A stretch of DNA of 38,700 nucleotides from a virus (IMGVR_UViG_3300033515_000012:1-38700); one strand, 5' to 3'. Numbered from the stretch's first letter, positions 24,951 to 35,646 are shown. Made by a program: numbers and translations. The notes: a model not told the origin generated them from the sequence alone.

Positions 24951-27353
24951 ATGTCAACACCTAGAATAAATTCTTTAATTTTACCTAGACAAAAAGTACC
25001 TTACAAACAAAAAAATAAAGAATGGCGTAAAGATTGTATTGATTACGCAGATCGTCATTCATTTTATAATAACGAAAGAGTAAGAAAAAGTCTTCAAAAT
25101 AAAATTATAAATCTTAATCTTTATAATGGTATTGTAGATATTAGAGATTTAACGAATGTCGTTAACCCTCATCAAATAGATGCTTCATTTGTACCAGACA
25201 ATATTCCACATCATCCTATAATGGTTCCTAAAATAGATCTTTTAGTAGGTGAAGAAATTAAAAGAAGATTTGATTGGTCTGTTATTGTAACAAATGCAGA
25301 TGCTATTAGTAAAAAAGAAGAAGATAAAAAAGCTTTTCTTCAACAAAAACTTACTGAGTTTTTACAAGCTAATTATGAAGAGGATGAATTAAAAGTTAAA
25401 ATGGATGAACTTGCTAAACATATGAAATATAGTTGGCAAGATATTCGTGAAAAAATGGCTAATCAAATTCTTAAACATTACAGTCAGGAACAAAGATTTG
25501 AAAGATCTTTTAATGATGGTTTTAAAGAAGCTTTAATATTTGCAGAAGAAATATATCAATGTGATATTATACATGATGAACCTATAATGAAAAAATTAAA
25601 TCCACTTAAAGTACATAGTGTACGAAGTGGTAATTCTGATAGAATAGAAGATTCTTCTATTATAATTATACAAGATCATTGGAGTCCTCATAAAATTGTT
25701 GATGATTTTCATGACGAATTAAAACCTGAAGATATTGATTATATTATGGAATATACTCAAACATCTTCTAAAGGTTCATATTCAGATGACCAAAATAATC
25801 ATGTTCTTTTACGTGATGCTCTTAATACAGGAGTAGAAGGAATGTATGATACAATATTTAATTTAGCAGAACTTAATGGTCATTTTTTTGGTTCTAATTA
25901 TACAGATGATACAGGTAATATCCGTGTTTTAAAAGTATTTTGGAAATCGTTAAAAGAAGTTAAACGTGTTAAATTTTATGATGAATATGGAGAAGAACAA
26001 TATAAAATTGCTTCTGAAGAATATATTCCAAATAAAAATTTAGGTGAAGAAGTAGTTTCATTATGGGTTAATGAATGGTGGGAAGGTGTTAAAATAGGAA
26101 AAGATATTTATCTTAACATTAAACCACGTAAAGTTCAATATAATAAAATAAACAATCCTTCTATATGTAGTCCTGGTATTATAGGTCAAATATATAATAC
26201 AAATCAATCTAAAGCAGTATCATTAGTTGATAGGTGTAAAAACTATCAATATATGTATGATGTAATTTGGGATAGACTTAACAAAGCAATATCTACAAAT
26301 TATGGTAAAATATTTGAACTAGATATAGCTAAAGTTCCTGAAAATTGGGAAATAGAAAAATGGATGCATTTTGCAGTAGTTAATAAAATTGCTGTAATAG
26401 ATTCATTTAAAGAAGGACAACAAGGAGCTGCTACAGGTAAATTGGCAGGTAGTATGAATACACAAGGTGGTCGTGTAATGGATATGGAAACAGGTTCATA
26501 TATACAACAACATATTCAATTACTTGAGTTTATTAAAATGGAAATGGGTGAAATTGCTGGTGTATCTGCACAACGTCAAGGTCAAATTTCTAATAGAGAA
26601 ACTGTTGGTGGTGTAGAACGTTCTGTAAATCAGTCTAGTCATATTACTGAATATTGGTTTATGTTACATGAACAATGTAAAATTAGAGTTTTAGAATGTT
26701 TTCTTGAAACTGCTAAAATAGCATTAAAAGGTAATAATAAAAAAGTACAATATATATTAGATGATCAATCTATTCAAATATTAAATTTAGATGCTGAGGA
26801 ATTTTGTGAAAATGATTACGGTTTAGTTATAACTTCTAGTTCTAAAACACAAGAATTAGAATCAATGATAAAACAAAATGCTCAAGCATTTTTACAAAAT
26901 GGTGGGACAATGTCAACTATAATGGATATTTATTTTAGTCCATCGTTATCTGATATGAGAAGACGATTGGAAGAAGCAGAAGAACAAATTCATCAAAGAA
27001 ATTCAGAAGCATCTCAACAACAATCTAAAGATAATCAAGCTGCTATGCAACAAGCTGCAGAACTTGAAAATAGAAAATTAGAACTTGAAGATTTAAAAAA
27101 TCAAAGAGATAATGAAACTAAAGTCTATATTGCCGAATTAAACAAAGAACTTAATACTGAAGAAACATCTGAAGATGGTATTATAAATCCTTTAGATGAA
27201 GCTAAATTTCAATTAGATTCTCAAAAAAGAAAAGACGATTATGTTTTAAAAATGAAAGCACTTAATCAAGATATGTTAAAGCATAAAGATTTAATGGATG
27301 CTAAAAAAATTGATCAAAGTATTAATAGAATTAAAAAGAAAAGTGTAAAATAG
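24951..27353 (+). CDS. Portal protein
   Basis: 800 aa gene after TerL; LPRQK N-terminus, PKIDLLVGEE, GVSAQRQGQI, coiled-coil C-terminus typical of crAss-like portals. Confidence 0.9.
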   Translation: MSTPRINSLILPRQKVPYKQKNKEWRKDCIDYADRHSFYNNERVRKSLQNKIINLNLYNGIVDIRDLTNVVNPHQIDASFVPDNIPHHPIMVPKIDLLVGEEIKRRFDWSVIVTNADAISKKEEDKKAFLQQKLTEFLQANYEEDELKVKMDELAKHMKYSWQDIREKMANQILKHYSQEQRFERSFNDGFKEALIFAEEIYQCDIIHDEPIMKKLNPLKVHSVRSGNSDRIEDSSIIIIQDHWSPHKIVDDFHDELKPEDIDYIMEYTQTSSKGSYSDDQNNHVLLRDALNTGVEGMYDTIFNLAELNGHFFGSNYTDDTGNIRVLKVFWKSLKEVKRVKFYDEYGEEQYKIASEEYIPNKNLGEEVVSLWVNEWWEGVKIGKDIYLNIKPRKVQYNKINNPSICSPGIIGQIYNTNQSKAVSLVDRCKNYQYMYDVIWDRLNKAISTNYGKIFELDIAKVPENWEIEKWMHFAVVNKIAVIDSFKEGQQGAATGKLAGSMNTQGGRVMDMETGSYIQQHIQLLEFIKMEMGEIAGVSAQRQGQISNRETVGGVERSVNQSSHITEYWFMLHEQCKIRVLECFLETAKIALKGNNKKVQYILDDQSIQILNLDAEEFCENDYGLVITSSSKTQELESMIKQNAQAFLQNGGTMSTIMDIYFSPSLSDMRRRLEEAEEQIHQRNSEASQQQSKDNQAAMQQAAELENRKLELEDLKNQRDNETKVYIAELNKELNTEETSEDGIINPLDEAKFQLDSQKRKDDYVLKMKALNQDMLKHKDLMDAKKIDQSINRIKKKSVK

Positions 27354-27395
27354 CTATTAGGAGCTTATTAAAAATGTAATATTTTTAAATATTTA

Positions 27396-27427
27396 TTTGG
27401 AATAAGCTCAAAAATAGTTTATCTTTG
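27396..27427 (+). promoter_or_regulatory. Promoter for scaffold/capsid genes
   Basis: TTTG-N20-TATCTTTG; AGCTATTAG box at 27352. Confidence 0.75.
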
Positions 27428-27456
27428 TAAACTTTATAAATAACGGGAGAAAAATT

Positions 27457-28533
27457 ATGGAAGATGAAGATTTAATGTCAATTTTTAATAACGGTCAGGA
27501 ATTAAATTTTGATAATCAGTTTGTAAATACTGATAACACAGATGATGAAAATGTAGAAACAGATGATGTTGATACAAATAAAGATATTAAAACTATCGAG
27601 GGTGAAGACTCAGAGGACGTAGATAGTAATGAAGACGATGATAATGAAGGTGATGATCAAGATGATGATTCTTCTCCCAATTTATATTCTTCTATCTCAG
27701 ACGTTCTTTTTGAACAAGGTTTATTACCTTCATTAGAGTCTTCTAAAGAAATTAAAACAGTTGATGATTTTACAAATGCTTTAAAAATAGAAATAGAAAA
27801 TCAAACTAATTTAAAAGTTAATGATTATTTATCAAATCTTGATTTAGAAAAAATTGCAATTTCTAAAAAAGCATTAATTGAATTAGATGCTATTGATGAA
27901 GATTATTTAAAAAACAATCTTGAAGTAGCTAAAGATATAATTTTAAAAGATTATATAAATCAAGGTTTATCTGAAGACAGAGCGCGTAAAATGCTACGTA
28001 AAACAATTGATTTAGGTGAAGATATACTTTTAGAAGATGCTTTAGAATCTAAAGAAAGTTTAAAAGTTTTTGAATCAAAACAAACAGCTTTAGAATTACA
28101 AAGAGTTGAACAAGAAAAAATTAATCAAGCAAAAGAACAAGAACAAATTAATAATGAAATAAAACAATTTGTATTTGAATCTAAAGAAGTAATTAAAGGA
28201 ATACCTAATACTAAAGCAATTAGTGATAAAGTATTTAAAACAATGACTGAAGTTATAGCTAAAAATCCAATAACTGGAGAATTAGAAAATAAATTTATGA
28301 ATGATAGATCTAAAAATCCAATTGTATTTGATACAAAAATGTATTATTTATATGAATTAACAAATGGTTTTTCAGACTTAACAAAAATAAAAACAACAGT
28401 AACTTCATCAGCAACAAAAAATTTAGAAAAAGCTTTACGTAAAGTAAAGTTTGAAGATAACGGACAACCAGGTTATCTAACAGATCCTAACAGTTATTCA
28501 GGTTCGGGATTTGGTAGTGAATTGGTTTTTTAA
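27457..28533 (+). CDS. Putative capsid scaffolding protein
   Basis: Very acidic N-terminus, coiled coil, located between portal and MCP. Confidence 0.7.
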   Translation: MEDEDLMSIFNNGQELNFDNQFVNTDNTDDENVETDDVDTNKDIKTIEGEDSEDVDSNEDDDNEGDDQDDDSSPNLYSSISDVLFEQGLLPSLESSKEIKTVDDFTNALKIEIENQTNLKVNDYLSNLDLEKIAISKKALIELDAIDEDYLKNNLEVAKDIILKDYINQGLSEDRARKMLRKTIDLGEDILLEDALESKESLKVFESKQTALELQRVEQEKINQAKEQEQINNEIKQFVFESKEVIKGIPNTKAISDKVFKTMTEVIAKNPITGELENKFMNDRSKNPIVFDTKMYYLYELTNGFSDLTKIKTTVTSSATKNLEKALRKVKFEDNGQPGYLTDPNSYSGSGFGSELVF

Positions 28534-28559
28534 TAATTAAACAATTAAAATTAAATTAA

Positions 28560-30065
28560 ATGAGTTTAGGTAAGTTTGTAATGACCAAAGGAAAAGCTTG
28601 GTCAGGTTTAACACTAAAAAATCACATTGGTGCTATTTTTGGAAGTCAACCACAATTAGTTTCTCCATTAACAACAGTGTTGTTACAAAACTCTGGGATG
28701 AAAAACTTAGATACAACTTTGTCTTTGTTTCCAGAAAAAGTATTAAATACTGCAGATGATTTTGTATGGAAAGTAGTTGGAAGTGATGAAAGAAATATTC
28801 CACTTGTTGAAGCAAGATTTCAAGGTTCTGTAGTAGATGCTAATACTGTAGGTGTTGGTATAGCTAGAACAAAATTCCAATTAGTATTTGGAGAAAAATG
28901 GTTTACTAAAATGCATGTTATTGCAGGTCCAAGACCAGATGTTTACCAAATTAGAATTTTAGATGAGCCTTTTGAAGAAGGAAGTCTTTATGTTTATGAA
29001 TGTGAAGTTTGGGGTGGTCAAGAATCATTGGCAGGTATTCCTGGAGATGAACTTGTAGCAGGAAACAGATTCTCTATTGAAAGTGCTTATTCTGAAGATG
29101 AACTTTCCATTCAAGGTGCTGGTATTCAATTTACTTCACCTTACTTAATGAGAAATTCAGTTTCTACATTACGTATGGAACATAAAGTTTCTGGAGCAAT
29201 GATTGATTGTAAAGTAGAACCTGTTTATTTTGCAGGTATTGAAACAAGAGATCCTAATACAGGAAAAGTTCATAAATCTGCAACATGGATGCAGGAAGTT
29301 TATTGGCAATTTGAAAAAGCTTTCTCAAGAATTAAATCACGTACAATTATGTTTGGTAAAACAAACAGAGATGAAAACGGACGTTTCTTGAATAAAGGTA
29401 ATGCTAATATTGAAATTAAAGCAGGTTCTGGAATTAGAGAACAAATGGAAGTAAGTAATACTATTACTTATAATATTTTTTCTATGCGTTTGTTAGAAGA
29501 TGCTTTGTCTGAATTATCAGAAGGTAAATTAGATTGGGATGAACGTACATTTATGTTACGTACTGGTGAAAGAGGAGCTGCTCAATTTAACAGAGCTGCT
29601 ACTGCTGCAGCATCAGGTTGGAAGTCAATGTTTGATAACACAAATCAAAATGCTATCAATAAAACAACTTCTAAATTTAATGAAAATGCATTTAAAGGCG
29701 GTTTCCAATTTACAGAATGGTTAGCTCCTAATAATATTAAAATTATGTTGGAAGTAGATCCAATGTATGATGATAAAGTTCGTAACAAAATTCTTCATCC
29801 AGATGGAGGTGTTGCTGAATCTTACAGATATGATATTCTTTACATTGGTTCAATGGAAGAACCTAATATTCAAAAAATTAAAGTACGTGGTGATGATGAA
29901 TTACGTGGTTATATGGCAGGTATTAGAGATGCTTTTTCTGGACGTAGAGGTGGAGTAATGCAATTAATGGAAGATAGTGCTACTATGACAGCAATGTGTG
30001 GTACTGGAGCGATGGTAAAAGATCCTTCAAGAACTATGACTTTCAAACCAGCAATTTTAGATTAA
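28560..30065 (+). CDS. Major capsid protein
   Basis: 501 aa; WSGLTLKNHIG N-terminus, KAGSGIREQ, TGERGA, GGFQFTEW...PN, crAss-like gene order; followed by strong hairpin. Confidence 0.9.
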   Translation: MSLGKFVMTKGKAWSGLTLKNHIGAIFGSQPQLVSPLTTVLLQNSGMKNLDTTLSLFPEKVLNTADDFVWKVVGSDERNIPLVEARFQGSVVDANTVGVGIARTKFQLVFGEKWFTKMHVIAGPRPDVYQIRILDEPFEEGSLYVYECEVWGGQESLAGIPGDELVAGNRFSIESAYSEDELSIQGAGIQFTSPYLMRNSVSTLRMEHKVSGAMIDCKVEPVYFAGIETRDPNTGKVHKSATWMQEVYWQFEKAFSRIKSRTIMFGKTNRDENGRFLNKGNANIEIKAGSGIREQMEVSNTITYNIFSMRLLEDALSELSEGKLDWDERTFMLRTGERGAAQFNRAATAAASGWKSMFDNTNQNAINKTTSKFNENAFKGGFQFTEWLAPNNIKIMLEVDPMYDDKVRNKILHPDGGVAESYRYDILYIGSMEEPNIQKIKVRGDDELRGYMAGIRDAFSGRRGGVMQLMEDSATMTAMCGTGAMVKDPSRTMTFKPAILD

Positions 30066-30078
30066 TACATGGGCTTTT

Positions 30079-30107
30079 AGGGATGAGCCCAAAATCATCC
30101 CTTTTTT
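30079..30107 (+). terminator. Intrinsic terminator after MCP
   Basis: AGGGATGA/TCATCCCT stem plus T-tract. Confidence 0.85.
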
Positions 30108-30129
30108 AAATAACTAATAAGAAGATACA

Positions 30130-30975
30130 ATGGGAGAAGTATTAGAAAAATTTACATTACCAGATACAAAAGTAATTGTAAAATACATTAAAAGAAAAAA
30201 AGGAATGGCTTCCAACGTTAGTGAAGACCATGTTATTTCGGGAGGAATGTTAGCAGGATCTGTAAAAAGATATTGTACACCACTTATGAGAAATGGTTCA
30301 TTAGCTAATGTGTTAACAAAAGATGAAAAAGAATATTTAGAAAGTGTTACAGGTTTAAAATTATCTATATATGAAGATTTTTGGAAAGAACATTATGTTT
30401 CTTTATTTAAAGATGATAATATATTAGATTTAAGTAATCCTTTAGATTATATATCGTATAAAATTTTATTATCCTATAAAAACGAAGTTTGTCCAAATTG
30501 GAAAGATAGAAATTTAAAACAAACATATGAGTTTGTAATTGTTTCAGGAGATGAAGAAATAACTGAGAAAAAAGTTGGTTTTGATTCTAAAAAAGAAGCT
30601 TTTAAATTATATGGTAAAATTGAAGATGATAAAGATAAATTATTAGGAGTACTTAAATTACTTACAAATAAACCTATTTCTATAGATTCAACTATTAAAT
30701 GGTTACAAACTAAAGTTGAAGAATTTATAGATACTAAACCAGCAGCTTTTGTTAGTTTAATCAAAGATTCAAAATTTGAAACAAAACTTTTAATACAAAA
30801 TGCTGAAGAAAAAGGTATTATTAAAAAATCAGGTAATAAATATTCTACAATTGATGGTTTAGATTTATGTGAAAATAGTCAAGTTCCTACTTTTGAAAAT
30901 ACAATTGCTTATTTAGACAACCCAAAACATCAAGATGTTAGAGGATTAATAGAAGCTAAACTTTTAAAAAAATAA
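30130..30975 (+). CDS. Conserved crAss-like protein downstream of MCP
   Basis: 281 aa; LDLSNPLDYISYKIL; syntenic position. Confidence 0.75.
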   Translation: MGEVLEKFTLPDTKVIVKYIKRKKGMASNVSEDHVISGGMLAGSVKRYCTPLMRNGSLANVLTKDEKEYLESVTGLKLSIYEDFWKEHYVSLFKDDNILDLSNPLDYISYKILLSYKNEVCPNWKDRNLKQTYEFVIVSGDEEITEKKVGFDSKKEAFKLYGKIEDDKDKLLGVLKLLTNKPISIDSTIKWLQTKVEEFIDTKPAAFVSLIKDSKFETKLLIQNAEEKGIIKKSGNKYSTIDGLDLCENSQVPTFENTIAYLDNPKHQDVRGLIEAKLLKK

Positions 30976-30979
30976 TTAA

Positions 30980-31714
30980 ATGACTAATTTAGAATTTAAA
31001 AACGAATTTAATATTCATTATAATTCAATTGCAACTCAAAGTGCTCCAAATATAGATGATTATGAATTATCTGTTTATCTTACAAAAGCACAGTTAGAAA
31101 TTGTAAAAAATTATTATGATCCTTCTAGTAATAGAAAAAAAAGAGGTTTTGAAAATTCTGAAAAAAGAAGAGTTGATTTAAAAGAATTAGTTAAAGAGTT
31201 TAATACAAATACAGTTCTTACAACAAATATAAAATTAACAAATGAATCAAAAGTATTTAAAATACCTGATGATGTTTTTATAATTATATATGAATCTGCT
31301 AAATGTAATATAAATAATTGTGGTGAAAAACAACTAAATATTGTTCCTAAAACACATGATGAATTTAATATTCAGTATTCTAATCCTTTTAAACGACCAA
31401 ATAAAAATAAAATTTGGAGATTAGATATATCTAAAATTAATAATGATAAAGTTGTAGAATTAATATCTGATTATAATATTAATGAATATAAAATCAGATA
31501 TATAAAATATCCAAAACCAATTATAATTTCTGATTTAAATACTATTTTTCCAAATGAAAATTTAAGTATAAGTGGTTTTTCTACAATGCAACAATGTGAA
31601 TTAAATCAAGAAATACATTCTGAAATATTAGATAGAGCTGTAGAATTAGCACTTAGAGATTATAAACCTTCTAATTTAGAATCAAAAATTCAATTAGATC
31701 AAAGAAATGAATAA
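30980..31714 (+). CDS. Head-tail connector/ring protein
   Basis: EFNIHYNSI..., LTKAQ, GFENSEKRR, RYIKYPKPII, HSEILDRAVELA; crAss-like synteny. Confidence 0.7.
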   Translation: MTNLEFKNEFNIHYNSIATQSAPNIDDYELSVYLTKAQLEIVKNYYDPSSNRKKRGFENSEKRRVDLKELVKEFNTNTVLTTNIKLTNESKVFKIPDDVFIIIYESAKCNINNCGEKQLNIVPKTHDEFNIQYSNPFKRPNKNKIWRLDISKINNDKVVELISDYNINEYKIRYIKYPKPIIISDLNTIFPNENLSISGFSTMQQCELNQEIHSEILDRAVELALRDYKPSNLESKIQLDQRNE

Positions 31715-31736
31715 TAAATTAAAATTAAAATAAATT

Positions 31737-32759
31737 ATGTACGGACCAAACCAAATTGGTGAATTAATAATTGGTAATGCAGTAGCTACCGAAGCAACAA
31801 TTCAAACATTTGTTGCTACAGCAAGTGATAAAGAGTTAAAAGTTCTCTCTGCTGACGGTACTGCAGTAGCTGCAAATGTTCCTTTTAAATTAGTTCAAAA
31901 AACAGCAGGTGATGCTGGTAAAGGATTAGACTATGAATTTTCAGATGTTATTGATCCAAAATATGTTGAAAAAGTTACAGTAAAAGCTTATGCTCCTGAA
32001 GTTCAAAAATCAGTAGCTGTAGCTGGATTTACAGGTAATGTTTTAGCTAACCATACTTATGTAGCTGAAATTAGATTGTATAATGATGGTGGTTCATTAT
32101 CTCCTGAAAATTTTGCAGTTATTTCTGGTTATTACACTACTGGTGCTAATATTACTGGAATTACAGACGCTGTAATTAGAGATGGTGTTTTAGCTTCATT
32201 AAGAAAAAATCTTATTAAAAGAGGTGATTCTGAATTTGTAACAGCAACAACTTCTTCTCCAGTAGGTTTCACAATCACTGGTAAAGTTCAAAAATACGTT
32301 CCTGGTAAAATTGAAGGTAGATTAATTGAATTTGATGTAATTGTTAAAACATATCAAAACATCCAAAATTTAACACAACCTCAACAAAATTTAGGATTGT
32401 TAACTGCTACAGTTACAGCAACAGCTAATCCTGGTTCAGGAACTGCTAAGTTTGCAGCTAATTTTGAATGGTTTGTTAAAGGTGTAAAATATGAAGTGTA
32501 CAGACAAACAGGTTATCCTGCTGATTTTGCTACACCATATTATGCTAGTCCTACAGGATTATATAATATAATTCAAGTTGTTTATTATAGTCCACGTAAA
32601 GAAACTAGTGTTGAAAGACAATATAAAGTTTTAACAACTTTAGTTGATAAAGGTACAAATACTTTAGCTAACAATGCTAATACAAATACAATTCTTACTT
32701 CAATTAGAACTGCTGTTGGTACAAATGCTGTTGTTCCAGCTAACTTACCTGTAGCATAA
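31737..32759 (+). CDS. Virion structural protein, probable auxiliary capsid protein
   Basis: 340 aa, Ala/Thr/Val-rich, followed by strong terminator; syntenic inference. Confidence 0.65.
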   Translation: MYGPNQIGELIIGNAVATEATIQTFVATASDKELKVLSADGTAVAANVPFKLVQKTAGDAGKGLDYEFSDVIDPKYVEKVTVKAYAPEVQKSVAVAGFTGNVLANHTYVAEIRLYNDGGSLSPENFAVISGYYTTGANITGITDAVIRDGVLASLRKNLIKRGDSEFVTATTSSPVGFTITGKVQKYVPGKIEGRLIEFDVIVKTYQNIQNLTQPQQNLGLLTATVTATANPGSGTAKFAANFEWFVKGVKYEVYRQTGYPADFATPYYASPTGLYNIIQVVYYSPRKETSVERQYKVLTTLVDKGTNTLANNANTNTILTSIRTAVGTNAVVPANLPVA

Positions 32760-32775
32760 TAAATAAAAATAACCT

Positions 32776-32806
32776 AAAAGGAGAGGAGAAATCTTCTCCT
32801 TTTTTT
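32776..32806 (+). terminator. Intrinsic terminator
   Basis: AAAAGGAGAGGA-GAAA-TCTTCTCCTTTT plus further T's. Confidence 0.9.
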
Positions 32807-32820
32807 ATAAAAAAAAATAA

Positions 32821-33399
32821 ATGAGTATAGTTATAAATAATTTTTCTATAATTGAAAACGGTACTAAATTAGCAATTGATGTAGAAACAACAATTGGTTA
32901 TAATATTACTTCTATTTTGTTATGGGATATGAATTCTTTTAAAGATTATTCTTTGTCTATAAATTTAAATTATAAAATAGAAGCTATAAATAATAAAGAA
33001 GTTTTTATTGTAACGGCTAGTGAATTAAACATTTTAAAATTTGAAGATGTTTATTTTATAGAAATAGAAAGCGATGCTCCAAGTCCTACATGTAGTAATT
33101 GTTTACTACCTGCATTAGGAATAACTTATAATTTATTACCTTATTACGCTTGTATGTTAGATTATTTATTAAAATCAGAAATAACTGATTGTAGTACATG
33201 TAATAACTTAACAGCTAAAAATTTAATAGTTACAATTAGTTTATTAATAGATTCTGTGAAAAAATCAATTGAACTTGGTTTTTATTTACAAGTAATTTCA
33301 AATATAAATAAATTAAAAAAACTATGTGAACTTAAACAATGTAAAGGTTGTAATCAAGTTCAATGTAACTCTTGTGGTCAATTTAATCAAATAAACTAA
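32821..33399 (+). CDS. Cys-rich structural protein
   Basis: CSNC, CSTC, CKGC, CNSC motifs; virion module. Confidence 0.7.
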   Translation: MSIVINNFSIIENGTKLAIDVETTIGYNITSILLWDMNSFKDYSLSINLNYKIEAINNKEVFIVTASELNILKFEDVYFIEIESDAPSPTCSNCLLPALGITYNLLPYYACMLDYLLKSEITDCSTCNNLTAKNLIVTISLLIDSVKKSIELGFYLQVISNINKLKKLCELKQCKGCNQVQCNSCGQFNQIN

Positions 33400-34049
33400 T
33401 GTTAGAAATAAATGAACAAAATAATACAGCTGTATTAATAAGTTCTTTAGATAAAATATTTAATCAAGGTAAGTTAAACGGAAAATTAAATGCTATTGAT
33501 TTATATATATTAAATTTAACACATAACTTATTAAATAATTGTTGTATTGAATTAACACATGAGCAAAAAAAATCTTTAGAAGATATATATAGAAAAATCT
33601 ATTTTAATTCTGAAGAAATATGTTATGTTAATAATATTCAAAAATATAATATTCAACCTACTATATCTTTTGTTCAAGCAGAATCAGAAGATTGTAATCA
33701 ATATCCTCAATTTAATAAAATATTTTATTGGCAAGAATTAGATTATAATTCTAATTTTGAAGATATTAAATTATTATTACCTACTACAAATTATTTAAGT
33801 CCAAAACAAAATGATACTTTTTTATCTTTTGAAATTGGTAAAAGTATAAATTATACAAATATTGGTAGAATTTGTTTTGCTTTAATTGAAACATTATCTA
33901 CTGATAATTATAAATTATATGACGTATTAAATAATGATGTAACACATGCTTTTGATACTTACTATGAAACTATAAATAATTGTAGATTATTTGTTTCTAA
34001 AAATATATATTCACATGGTGAAATTAATTTTAAAATTAAAAAAATATAA
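33399..34049 (+). CDS. Putative structural protein
   Basis: 216 aa; TAATG-coupled in virion operon. Confidence 0.7.
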   Translation: MLEINEQNNTAVLISSLDKIFNQGKLNGKLNAIDLYILNLTHNLLNNCCIELTHEQKKSLEDIYRKIYFNSEEICYVNNIQKYNIQPTISFVQAESEDCNQYPQFNKIFYWQELDYNSNFEDIKLLLPTTNYLSPKQNDTFLSFEIGKSINYTNIGRICFALIETLSTDNYKLYDVLNNDVTHAFDTYYETINNCRLFVSKNIYSHGEINFKIKKI

Positions 34050-35041
34050 TGTCTGATTTTAATAATATACCGATAGGTTTAAATATAACTACACAAATAC
34101 CATTAGATGTTAAAACAATATCTTTAACAGAAATTGAATTATCTTCTTTAGGTATTAGTGATAACAAAGCATTTACTTATTACGATGGTTTAAAAATATT
34201 TTGTTTAGACACTCGTAAAACATATGAATGGAGAGAAGTTGGTGTTGGTGAAGCAAATACAGGTCTTGTAACATTAGATTTTACATATCCAAATAATACA
34301 ATTACTTTTGGTGTTGATTATTCAAATAAAATATTTAATTTTTTTGAAATACCTTATGCTTTATCTTCAGATATTAAAGATATTGTTTCTCCAAACAATA
34401 CTGTAAATATTACAGAAACATCTACACAAATACAATTAACAGTAACACCTCCTAATGGTTCTGAAACTAAAATTGTAAACGGTTTACAAACAACTGTTAC
34501 AGGTACAGGTACAACTCTTGATCCATATAAAATAGATGGTAAACTATATCAAGCAGGAAATGGTATTACTATTACTGGTTTAGGTACTTCAGTTTCACCA
34601 TATATTGTATCTGTAAATAATACAAATGGTAATATAGGGTGGTTGAAAGGTGATACTAAAGAAGTAGTTTGTACTAAAGCATATCTAGCATTAAATTTTG
34701 ATGGGACAGGGTTAGGTATAAATGAAAGAGTTGGTTGGGCTATAATGAATGGTAATAATGGTACACCAAACGATAACGGAAGAGTTGTTGTTGCATATGG
34801 TACTAATTATCCGACATTAGGTGTCGTAGCAGGAAATAAAGATGCAATAGTTGTTGAACATTCTCATACATATGATAAAGTTAGAAATGGTGCTGGAGCA
34901 GGAATAGATATTGGTGTAGAATATGTTGGGGATGATGGACATATAGGAGCGGTATCTACAAATACAAGTACTGTAGGTGTTTCAGCAATAGACGCTAATA
35001 TGCAACCATATGTTGTAAGATTAAGAATAATAAAATTATAA
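34049..35041 (+). CDS. Tail fibre-like protein with tail-collar-like domain
   Basis: VTGTGTTLDPY / ITGLGTSVSPY repeats; GWAIMNGNNGTP...GRVVV; HSH; NMQPYVV. Confidence 0.75.
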   Translation: MSDFNNIPIGLNITTQIPLDVKTISLTEIELSSLGISDNKAFTYYDGLKIFCLDTRKTYEWREVGVGEANTGLVTLDFTYPNNTITFGVDYSNKIFNFFEIPYALSSDIKDIVSPNNTVNITETSTQIQLTVTPPNGSETKIVNGLQTTVTGTGTTLDPYKIDGKLYQAGNGITITGLGTSVSPYIVSVNNTNGNIGWLKGDTKEVVCTKAYLALNFDGTGLGINERVGWAIMNGNNGTPNDNGRVVVAYGTNYPTLGVVAGNKDAIVVEHSHTYDKVRNGAGAGIDIGVEYVGDDGHIGAVSTNTSTVGVSAIDANMQPYVVRLRIIKL

Positions 35042-35043
35042 AA

Positions 35044-35646
35044 ATGATAAAAGTAACAAACGAATTATCTCGTTATAATGAAAATGTATTAACTCAAGAT
35101 TTTACATTTAATAATAATAAATTATGGACACTTCCTGTAGGAGGTGGTACAGGAGCTGTGGTTGAATCTTCAACAGATGAATACTATTGTATTGAAAAAT
35201 CTTTAAAAATATCACATCCCCAATATGATTTAAATGATATAACTTTCAGACCAACTGTATCTACGGATTATGCTTTCACAATACCTAGAACTGGTAAATA
35301 TATTTTTTCTTTTAGATGTTTATTACCAGGAACTACATGGTTGCCTGAATTAGTAGGTGGAATAAGTTTTTATATAAATGGTTCAGGAAGTCCTTATGTC
35401 ACATTACCCTTTAATATAGGAAATAATTCATTACCAGAATTTACTTTTGTTTATAATGCTTGGCAAACTTTTTATGATGAAGTTACTTTTACAGCAGGTC
35501 AAGTTATAACTTTTAGTATTCATTTATCAGCTGAACCAACTTGGGCTCCAGGTTATTTAGAATTTTTCTTAGATGGTTTTAAATTAGAATATGTTGAAGA
35601 TAAAACTTATTCTCGAGCTACAATTTATACTTTACCAATAAATTAA
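35044..35646 (+). CDS. Beta-sandwich (carbohydrate-binding-like) virion protein
   Basis: KSLKIS, GKYIFSF, WQTF, FFLDGFKLE pattern resembling CBM4/9-type folds. Confidence 0.55.
   Translation: MIKVTNELSRYNENVLTQDFTFNNNKLWTLPVGGGTGAVVESSTDEYYCIEKSLKISHPQYDLNDITFRPTVSTDYAFTIPRTGKYIFSFRCLLPGTTWLPELVGGISFYINGSGSPYVTLPFNIGNNSLPEFTFVYNAWQTFYDEVTFTAGQVITFSIHLSAEPTWAPGYLEFFLDGFKLEYVEDKTYSRATIYTLPIN

Noticed and set aside
30060-30130. Programmed frameshift or read-through extending MCP
   Set aside because: No canonical slippery heptamer; all frames stop before the next gene
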